The position numbers and the translations under genes are program-made. Of a stretch of DNA of 64,000 nucleotides, positions 52,556 through 64,000 are shown piece after piece. The DNA comes from Paramecium tetraurelia (taxonomy: Eukaryota). The notes below the pieces were generated by a model, which searched no databases, had not been told where the DNA came from, and was given only the letters and a program-made list of their open reading frames with translations. The stretch is taken from assembly GCA_000165425.1 (NCBI GenBank), contig CT868541.1, positions 164,096 to 228,095 of the forward strand, given 5' to 3'. Within the stretch, counting starts at the first letter, position 1; every line of letters starts with the position of its first letter.

Positions 52556-52819
52556 TCAAAAAGCAGCTTTCGTTGGTTTATTAGCTTATTTCTTCTCTTT
52601 ATTTTGATCTAAATTATGCCCATCTTCATTAAATTTTCTATCCTCCCTTGGTAATGTGAGCATCCTTTCCTTTTTTTGTTTTTCTTCTCTATAGTATCCA
52701 TCCACTTGATTTTGGTCGTTTTATTTTGATTCATGTTCTTTTTTAAATTTACTTTCTCCTTTAGATTTATTTTCATTAGAATTATTATTTTCTCTTACAT
52801 CAGAACTTCCACAACCCAT
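52556..52819 (-). CDS. 87-aa hydrophilic protein with an MGCGSS dual-acylation N-terminus
   Basis: Intronless ORF MGCGSSDVRENNNSNEKQSK..KPTKAAF-TGA. Confidence 0.75.
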
Positions 52820-52869
52820 ATTTGTTAAAATAAATATATTAACTAATTATCAATTTTATTAATAAGATT

Positions 52870-53210
52870 TTAATTCTTTTGATCTTCTTTCAATCAATTA
52901 ACATTATTATTGTACTTATCTTTGGCTCTTATAAGTGGTGAATCTAATTGTAAAGCATTTATGTTCTTATTTCTACAAGTGATCAAATTTAGAATATTTA
53001 ACTCTCTCGTCCTATGCTTTTAAAATAAGTATAAATTTGTTAAGAATACTGCTTATAGTATAAAAGATTCTGATAGATCTTTTAATAATCATGAAGATTA
53101 TTTGGATATATTTTATATTGACATTTAATTATTATGATGAACTTCTAGAAGAATTTGATAGTAAAGATATAATCAACTAATTTCTTGTATAAGAGTGGTT
53201 AGACATTCAT
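52870..53210 (-). CDS. Possible small hypothetical gene, structure unresolved
   Basis: Coding-like minus-strand segment beginning at an ATG near 53208 just downstream of VPS8; no domain recognised. Confidence 0.3.
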
Positions 53211-53235
53211 TTAATAATTTTAATAAGATATAAGC

Positions 53236-56200
53236 TCAGTAATATTATTATTCGCTAATTTCATTTTCAATATCATGTCTTTTCCATTTGTTAATCCTAT
53301 TCATGCGAATCTCTTCTTTTGTCATTTCCTCATCTTCTATTTATTCCTGGTTTTTCATTTTGATAGTTGGCATTTATCTTCCATTTTTTTAAACGATTGA
53401 ATCTAGTTATATTCTCACTATTCTATTTTAAATATTTACATTTATAAGAATTTTAGGTTAAACATTATTCACAAACTATCATATTCTAAATTTTAGGTGC
53501 ACAACCATGATGATATAGATGACTGCATCCCATAAATGCTAACATATATTAATTTCGAATTTCAAAGCAAGTCTAACAAGAAGGACTGAAATTAACTCCA
53601 ATCTATTGCAATTCAAATAAGCTCATCAAATTTTTCATATAATCCATTTATAATACCCTAATCAACTATTATTGATTATAAAGCTCAAATGAACAGGAGG
53701 ACAAGAGTTTACTGAATGTTCTCCTCAATTCCTCTAAATGAGTAAATGATCCAAATAATATTTTAATGTTCATTATTATTTAATAGAGATGAACTCTTTC
53801 CAACAATTCTTCCAACATTACCTAATACACATTGTTTAAAGATTTAAAGATGTTCTTGTTATATTTGAAATCCTCTCTCAACTAAACCATTCGTATAACA
53901 AGAGTAAACCAAAAGCTAGTACTTTCTTCTTCATTTGAGTGATTATCTCTACAGATTTTCAAACAAGGCAAAATTAAAATTTAGATTTGTTCAATTTGGC
54001 TTTATTAATCATATTCTATCACTTACATCTTTTTTAATTCAACACTAATAATCTATTTAAATAATCAATTATTAAATTACATCAAAATACAAATTCAAAG
54101 CCTCCATATAACGACCACTTCTTTCTTTTAAGAATGCCACTCCTTTCATTATTTGAAAATCTTCACACAATCTCAAACATTCATCTTAAGGGAAGTCTCC
54201 ATATTGCAATTATTCATATGCATCTTTTGGATGATATTAACATATTAATTTGAAAAAGGAAATCATTAATTTGTCTTCTACTAAATATTTATTATTTCTT
54301 TTTTCTTAAATAATCTCTGAAAGTAATTTCAATTTTAAATTTGGATGAGAGTCTAACATTTCTATTGCTGCTTTATAATCCTCTTCATTATAATATTAAA
54401 GGATTTATCTTAATTTCTCAGCACAAATGCTCACCTAGAATAAAGTCACAATGTATTCTTACCAATTATGGCACAATGCTCAACACATATTTCAAAATTT
54501 CAGTTCTGAGTTAAGAATACTAATTCACATTTATCATCTGTTCAATGTAATCAAATATGAAAATCTTAATAAATTAGAATATAATTACTTTGTCATCCTC
54601 ATTATTTGAAGTCAATAAATTTTATAAACAAAATTACCATTAATCTTTTATGAAATATATCTGGGCCTTAACTCTTACAGATTGAAGTTCAGAACAAGAA
54701 GCTTCCTATATTATTGTGGATATTGCCTCTTAGTCATTCATTAATTTATCTTTAAATTGATTAATATAAGAGACAAACACAGAATCTCTAATATTTTTAT
54801 TTTGTATATTAAAATCTGGCTATTTGAAGTATTCTAGATGTTGAAATCTATGATTGCTTTTTTCAACCAAAGTTTATAAATTAGTGTATGGATCTTTGAA
54901 ATGACATTTAACAACATTCAAAAAGTGTTCATATTTAATTGGGTATCCTAACTTCATAATTTCATATACGAAAGTACTTAGCTAATCGAGTAGATTTAAC
55001 TTCTTAGATGATGCTTCTAATAATAAAATAACAATTTCTGATAAGCTTAAATCGTCAACTTATAATTATTCATTTGCTATAGTGATCTTATGTTACTCAA
55101 GTTGTTCATATTTCTCCTTATTTGTGAATATTATCAATAATTCATTTAAAAAAATGGAAGAATCAATTTTTAAAAATTCTTCCAGAGTATCATATTGTAA
55201 TAACCAAGATAAGATTTCAGCTATAATAGATGCCCATTAATTTTCTGGTATTTTCTATTATGGAAATAACTCACCAATCAACAACATATGAAGATTCCAC
55301 AAACATTTGTAACCTAACAATTGGATTTCTTTTTCTATCGTAGATTGATTTTCACTCAAATTAACTTAGATTGACTTGTAATACTTTTCTAGAGACATTT
55401 AATCTCCTTTAATCAATTACCTATAAACTGCATACATTTTGAATAGAGGGGTTTTATAATCTTCATCAACTCTAGGTGAAATATAAATTAAGAGAGTAAA
55501 TAAATTATTTTCTATACATAATTATTAGATTATTATGGGATCCAACAATTTAATATCTAAATTAATTATTAGTTATTTCAAGATGTTTAATTTTTTCTAC
55601 TAATTGATTAAATAAATCATTATATCTTTCAAAGAGTCATCAGGTATGAATTTGATTGAATTCTTTAAGATAAATGGTTCTAAGCTATTATAAAATTGCA
55701 ATTCTAAATTGTGTTTTTGAAGAATGCTTTTGATTTCTCTAAATAAATATTCATAGGATTCTATAGTAACCATGAATTCAATAATTGTAGGAATAAGCAC
55801 ACCAATTGTTTGATGAGAAATACTAATTTCAACAAATTATTTGAGTCTCTCATTAAAATATGGTCTTAAGAATTCTTGTCTTCCAGTTTTTGGTAAGCCA
55901 GCAAATTTTAACTGTTTACCCAAATATAAATATAAACATAATCCCATACACTCTGTCCATTTGTGATTAGATGTCAATTATTCAATGTAATCCTACCAAG
56001 TTATCAATTAATAATGAATAATATTTTATTGTTGATGTCCATTCTCGTCGATTTGAATGTAATATAATTAATTATGATTTTGACATATAGTATTCTAGAA
56101 AGATTAAATCTTATCTTCACCTATTTGTTAATCAGCAACATCTTATGATAATTGTGATTAGACCACTAAAACATTATTTTCAGTAATCTCAGAAATAGCG

Positions 56201-57459
56201 ATTAATGAATACTTCTTCCTATCATTTTTTAAGAATAATATGTTATCACTCATCCATGATAAGAATTAGACATCATCATTCAAATTATATGTTAGAATTA
56301 CTTCAAAAGTGGTGATAAACTTTCCTTCCTTATTTTCATAATTCATCTTAATTATTTCTATCACCTTGCCATTACTAACAGCTAAAACAGGATTCTCACT
56401 TTCGATTTACCATTTTGCACAAAGGAGTTATCGTTTTTTTACTTCATACTTCTTTTTAAAGATCAAAAATATTTTAGGCTCTACAATTGCAACAAAGACT
56501 ACTGCTTTATACACAAATGCAACAGTTTAAATATCTTTAATTTTAATAGATTCACAACAATGACACACTCCAAAAGCACAATCCTGAAATAATGGATATC
56601 TTTCTATACCATATGTAAATAAATTCTTCCTAATTTTCATCAAATTCACTTTACCTAGAGAATCACAAACCAAGAATTAACAAAAAAAATCCTTATTTCC
56701 ATTTAACATAGTCATAGTAATTGGTATACCCTCAGTCATTTTCTGAAAAGCCTTGCAAAATTTATTCTTGTTGTATAATAGAATTTACTATTGCGAAACA
56801 GCCAACAGGTATTGCCCATCTTCATTAAATCTTAAACATATTATGGGACAAACAGTAATGCTAGGATCTGATTCTAATTTAACAATTTTGTCACTGATTA
56901 AATAAATGAATCCTTTTGTAGTTCCAATAGCAATAGTACTGCTAAAACAAGTGATGCATTTAATTCTGAAGTCATTTTAAAAGATTGATGAATAAAGATC
57001 CTTAAGTTTGCGGTCCATTTTGACTTCTTGAAAAGTATTATTAGCCTATTTCTGATTCTCATAATGCTAAATCAAATCTGAATCGTCATTTTATTTTTGG
57101 ATGACTTGATAAGGTTCTTTTTCTAATTAATCCACGTAATCCAAGATGTATGGAATTTGTTTGTTTTGCTCAGTTTGTTTAATGCTTTCTCTATTGCTTG
57201 AAGGATACTCTCCCGATGTGATTTAATGCAAGAGTTTATCTATTTCTTCATTGGTATACTATTTTTCAACTTGAGTTTCAGGCTAAATGGAAACCTTAGA
57301 TTGATTGCATTATTATTCCACTTCTATATTTGGTGTTCCTTTCAATAATTCTTCAATGTCGTTGAATTGTTGGTACTCATTTACTTTCTATGGTTGGAAA
57401 TCCTTTATTATTCCTTCTAGAATTAAATGTTTATCGGCAAGAATTTCATCTTAAAACAT
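53236..57459 (-). CDS. VPS8: CORVET subunit Vps8 homolog (beta-propeller, Vps8 domain, alpha-solenoid, RING-H2)
   Basis: IAIGTTKGFIYL propeller; FYNSLEPFILKNSIKFIPDDSLK..LCIENNLFTLLIYI..DYKTPL; C-terminal CQTC..GCSHLYHHGC..CEQC. Confidence 0.88.
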
Positions 57460-57654
57460 GTATAATTTATTAAAAGAAATTGCATATAAAACATACATAT
57501 TGTATATGAATTGTTTTTCAATATAATTTTAATTGAAGATATCAGAAATACTACTATAGTACATAAGAATGGCCTCAGCAACAACCTTATGATCAGCAGA
57601 GTCCCTATCTAAAGTATGATTGTTTAAATATTTGTGAAATATATAGATGTTCAA

Positions 57655-59190
<1,536 letters not shown>

Positions 59191-59194
59191 TTAA

Positions 59195-59995
59195 ATGAAT
59201 AATTCAAAGTGTTAATCTTGCAACAAAAACATAGCCATTCTCAATTGCATGACCTGTTCTCTTATTATGTGTTACTTCTGTGATGAGAAACTACATGCAG
59301 ACAAGGAAAACCATATTACAACAACTTTGCCATTTGCCTCCTAACATCCAACTTAATCAAATCAATCTCATCTAAATCAAACTATCCACTAGAAAAGACT
59401 AGAGCTATAGGAACTAAAAGATAAAGAATAAAAAATGGCTAAGATTTACCAAGAGAAAATGCTACATGCTTAAAAGAAATATGAGCAGCAGATTAATGCA
59501 CTTGAAGAGAGATGTATTACTGTTTTATAATGTCTATATAGTATAATCAGCATCACAATTCATGAATTAAGTGTAGGATCAAGTTGAAGAGATCGATGTT
59601 GATAAAATGCAAAATGAATTGGAAGGTTTGGATAAGAGTTTGAAATTGGATATCAAAAAGGCTGAATAAGAATAAGCTATTCTTTTGGAAAAATCAAAAA
59701 ACTCTGATTAGCTTATTAGCAAATTACAAAAAGCAACTGAAATTGAACATAAACAAATTTTAAAAATGAATGAAGTTTTAGCAGTATTTAAAGCTTGTTC
59801 AGAGTAATTGCAAAAAGAAAAAGTATTATTATTCAATCCAACAATTTATAGGATCTATTAATGTTGGATAATGAAAAACTAGTTGGGGAAGTAGAAATAT
59901 TTGCTAAATTTATGGCTGAGAATGGGCCCCTCTTGGAAGAAATAGGTAAAGTTTAAAATGAATAATAATAATAATAATAGTAATAATAATAATGA
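59195..59995 (+). CDS. B-box zinc-finger + coiled-coil protein with terminal polyQ
   Basis: CQSCNKNIAILNCMTCSLIMCYFCDEKLHADKENH followed by heptad-rich sequence; TGA 59993-59995. Confidence 0.85.
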
Positions 59996-60724
59996 TATTT
60001 ATTTTGAAATTTGAGGAAAGCAAGCTTATTACCTTCTAAAATTACTTGATACTGGATAATCTACCACATTTCTATTGTTCTATATTCAAAACTACTTTTA
60101 GATAATCTGTTCAATTTACTAACAAAAATCTAATAAAATGTTGTTCTAGTAGATCAATCATTTATTTAATATCTTTCTTTAATTAAATTTAACTACCAGA
60201 TTATTGTTTAATCTACTGATTACTGATTTATATTATGAATTAAATCTAAATTAGTTTGCTATCATATAAATCAATTGAATAGTTTCTAAATTAAATTCTA
60301 TTTATAAGAAAATGATATCGAAATATTGAATTATGCAATTTCAAATGAAAAAATAAAAACCCTCAAAAGATTTGATCAGTTAGAAAATATAAAAATTGAT
60401 AGATATGATAGCATCTAAATGCACAATCATCAAGATTATATATAGTTTCTTTAAGAACACATTAAAATATATGCTAATATTTGAATTAATAAATCATAAT
60501 GAAGATTGATTTGAAAATTAGAATAAAAGATTCATTTTAGTTGATTGGCGGGTTGAATTTGGAGAATATTTTAAGGGTGAAAATTGGAATTAGAAATGAA
60601 TTTCAATAAAAAGTCATTTATCATTTAAAGTTTCAGATGAGAATGAATTTCTTTAATAAAGAATTGATCTATATTTACTATTTTCATTGATTATAATCAT
60701 TAATTAAAATATAAAGAAGAGAGA

Positions 60725-61562
60725 ATGTCATCATAATCTACTTACCAAGCATAATTAAATTCTGTGTTAGATCTGAAATATGTATTCCTGATGAAACCTC
60801 GTTGTAAGGAATCTGCTGATACCAAGATTGCAATTGATTATTCCCCTATATACAGTGAGTAAGTTAAATTCTAAAGTTCAGAGTTTTAGGGTGCAAACAA
60901 AATACAGTACCGATATTTAGCAATGACGGAGAGCCATCGTAACCTGGCTTTATCCTCTAGATAGATTAAGTATTTTATTTTAATAAATTTTAGCCTGTGC
61001 ATTTGGCCAATAGCATTCATTATAGATCTTAGTTTGATAAGAAATTATAGGAGGTGTAGGAGAAGAACAAGGATCTAGTATATATAAAATTACTATATGA
61101 AGTTTATCCCAAAACCAAGGGGAACCAAAATCTATTGCAATGTTTGTAAATAATCTATCGAGGATTATCTCTAAGTAAATTAAGGAATTCATTCTTTAGC
61201 ACACCGAATCTAAAAACCACAAATTGAAGTTTAGGAAGAACAAAGTCATCAATCTCATCCATTCTATGGCTGATGAATTTTAGAAGAATCGAAGTATGCC
61301 TCAAAATACACCGACTCTTCATTCCGATTCTGATAGATGTGGTTACTTCTCGTCCATCTAGGAGGATAGCGTTGAACATTAAGACAGCACATAGTAAGAA
61401 CCACATACTATTAAGAAGATCAAGTTGAATGAAGATGTCAGCGCTTTCAACAAGATGGGCAACTCGTATAAAATTCATTAATCCTATTAGTCTTGTACAT
61501 AGCTCAAATTAATCATTCAACGATAAGTACGGAAGGTAGTGTCTTTGAAGGAACAATTATGA
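60725..61562 (+). CDS. DBF4-type zinc-finger protein
   Basis: After removing two 25-nt introns: KPRGTKIYCNVCKQSIEDYLQ|HTESKNHK, matching zf-DBF YCxxC..Y..H..S..H spacing. Confidence 0.7.
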
Positions 61563-61599
61563 GCAGCATTATATATATATATATATAAAAAAAGAATTA

Positions 61600-63640
61600 T
61601 CATCCCAAAAATTAAGTTATAAACTCTGAGTTTGGTATATTTAATTATATGTCTCTTGGATTTAAATGTTTATGTCTCTACATGCAGGCCTCTAAAGAGT
61701 TAATTTGTGGCGATAACTTAATAAATTACCATACATTGTAAAATCTATTTAGAGATACAGTTACATCTTTTTCAGTAAACTAGAATTGTTAAGCTGAATT
61801 TATCTGTTCATTTTTTGTATACAAAGCCAACAATAAGCAACAAACAGCATACAATTGTCTTTCAATAATGAGTTATTCATTTCCCATAACAAAAAAGTCA
61901 CAAAAATAGTAAGATAACATTGAAGATTCATTCGACACTTTCAATTTTGAATTTAGAATTTTTAAGAACTAAATTTCAGTCGTATAAGTTAAGTTATAGT
62001 CTAAAATTCAAAGAATTTGCTATTCCATATTAATGATTTGTTTTTCATTGTATTCATCAGCAGTAATATAAGCGTATGCATTACAATTCTCTTACTTAAG
62101 TATTCCTTAGACCTTTCATTATAAACACTTTAGAATTAATGAAACATAATACTCAGCTAACTTTAAGGATGTAACTCCAATCAATTATAAGTTTATTCTC
62201 CTTATCTTCATTGATGACAAAGCCAAATCAATATAAATGATCGACAGAAGCAACTTTTCATCCATTAAATTAAAATGAATGCATATATCAATTAATCAAT
62301 CTATTAAGGTACTCCGCATAGTTTGATTGATTTCAGTTTGAAATTTCAGATATTCTTTGAATTTAGGTTCTGTGTAATAAATCTATGCATTCTAACTAAC
62401 AGCGTTTAAAAAAGGATGTTGTATAATTTCTATTATATCCAATCTATCTTCAGGCTTAATACATAACAGTTTTTACAATAAATCTACTCCTTCCTTACCT
62501 AATATTGTATTAAGAATGAGTAATTTTTCGTAGATCTATTTTCTATTTTAAATAATGTCTACTATTTCATTTTTTTTCAATTCATTTATATATAGATTAT
62601 ATTTGGAATTTAATTTTGACATCGCTTGAGATTGAATTCCAGTCTCTTTCATCAGGTGATCCAAAAAATTAGAATACCTCAAATAGATATTCAATCTCAG
62701 TTTTGCCACTAAATAACGGACTCCTCAAAGCCATTTCAGCTAAAATGCATCACAATGACCAACTGTCTATTTCACAACTGTAATACTATTTTCTTAATAA
62801 CATTTCCATAATCTTTTCACTTCTCTATTAGATCTTTCTCTTTTATTCTTTCTCTTTCTTTGGGATCTTTTGGTGTATAGGGAATGATAGGAAAGGTTTC
62901 CATTTTAGACATTCCAAAATCTGAAATTTTTACTAAATTTTTATTAATAAATATATTATCCGGTTTCAAATTCTGATGTAATATATGATTTTAATGTAAA
63001 TATTCTACACCTCTACATATTTGTAAAAATAGTGACTTTATCTATTCTATTGATAAATTTGTCCTCTTAAACTATTCTCTTAAATTCAAAGTGTAATATT
63101 CATATAAAATTGACACTATATGATTTTTTATTTTAACTTATACAATAGACACAATGTTCTCATGACACTTTAAGGACCTTACATAAGAAATTTCTCTTAA
63201 AACTGATGTTTATACTCCGTCATCATGATTTGCTTTTGCCTTGATTGTGTCCAGTTCTCTGAGTAAAAAGCATTAACCAGTCAACCTATTACAGACTTGA
63301 TATAATTTTCCCTTTGATCTTCTTTCTTGTAGAAATTTCAACTTCTAATATAAATCATGAAATAACAGAGTGTTGAATCTATTATAATACTAATATAATA
63401 AGATTGAATAATACATTCTAGAATTGTTGATTAATTAATTACAAATATTAATGGTTGAGAGTTCTTATGAGGTTATTGATCTCTTTAGGGGTTAAAAAAA
63501 GGAATAATTTATAAAGCAAATCTTTAGGTAAAAGAAGCCTGTGTTTAACTTAATATTCTGCCTTTTTATTAGAAGAAGTTTATATTAAAATGTTCTCTTT
63601 TCCTTTATGATTTTCGAATTCTTTTTTTTAACTGCATTAT
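61600..63640 (-). pseudogene. Disrupted F-box + CDK-like kinase + cyclin fusion gene
   Basis: F-box-like LPKDLLYKLFLFLTPKEINNLIRTLN; CDK-like DDGVQTSVLREISY, HQNLKPDN, KISDFG, PLFSGKTEIEYL; cyclin box EINQTMRSTLID*LIDI..LQLIGVTSLKLA; in-frame TGA at 62750-62752, 62296-62298 and 62008-62010, plus indels; start uncertain. Confidence 0.82.
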
Positions 63641-64000
63641 TATTAATACTTTATGATATAATTAAAGAATATAACTGTTGATATAAGGAGTAATTTATTT
63701 ATGCAGATCTATTAAATTTCAATTTTAATTGAATTGCCAATTTGTAACTAAGATATTCTAATAAAAATAGATTGTGAAATATAATTAAATTGAATATAAT
63801 AAATCAAGTATTTTATGATATAATTCATGTATTATCAAGGTTTTAATCAATTTTATAAATAATTCAGGAGCATAGTTGCAAGGGTGCTTTATTTATCTTA
63901 TCTAAAGTCTAAAGCATGGTTCCTTTTGCAGAGTACAAGAAGATCTTGACTTGTAATTTAATTGTTATCCTTTTAAACTTAAATACATAGCAGTCTAGTC

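Noticed and set aside
57570..57620. U1 snRNA-like words (ATACTT.. and TGATCATAAGG) on the minus strand
   Set aside because: Lacks the ACTTACCTG 5' splice-site pairing sequence, the U1A loop and a clear Sm site; kept only as a generic structured-RNA candidate
61155..61478. 107-aa minus-strand ORF
   Set aside because: Overlaps the plus-strand DBF4-type finger gene and has no recognisable motif
62008..62752. TGA readthrough or selenocysteine in the kinase-cyclin gene
   Set aside because: The TGAs replace different residues (W, G and another) and co-occur with frameshifting indels, which fits decay
63800..64000. Coding-like minus-strand sequence at the window end
   Set aside because: Too short and truncated to establish frame or identity

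Overview
Very AT-rich, gene-dense ciliate macronuclear DNA, most consistent with Paramecium (aurelia type). Evidence: TAA/TAG read as Gln and only TGA stops (genetic code 6), tiny ~20-30 nt GT..AG introns, very short intergenic gaps, and an epiplasmin gene. The supplied ORF track uses the wrong code and is mostly antisense shadow, so all genes were retranslated by eye and intron boundaries are approximate. About 28 protein genes or pseudogenes are visible. They include RLP24, midasin, an LLPH-like gene, epiplasmin, arrestin-domain, SAM/Zn-finger, PH-START-OSBP, a giant TPR protein, a VDAC-like porin, RNASEK-like, CCDC180, lipocalin, several LRR proteins (one LRRC34-like), a dual-kinase ANTH protein, a degenerate cyclophilin, VPS8, a CDKL kinase, B-box and DBF4-type Zn-finger proteins. 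Most notable: (1) an F-box + CDK-like + cyclin single-gene fusion, here disrupted; (2) a NAK-pseudokinase + ANTH + Q68 + TKL kinase fusion; (3) three adjacent pre-60S biogenesis genes, with midasin lacking the AAA5 Walker B acidic pair; (4) five head-to-head gene pairs whose ATGs are only 7-20 bp apart. No database searches were run; family calls rest on motif recognition.
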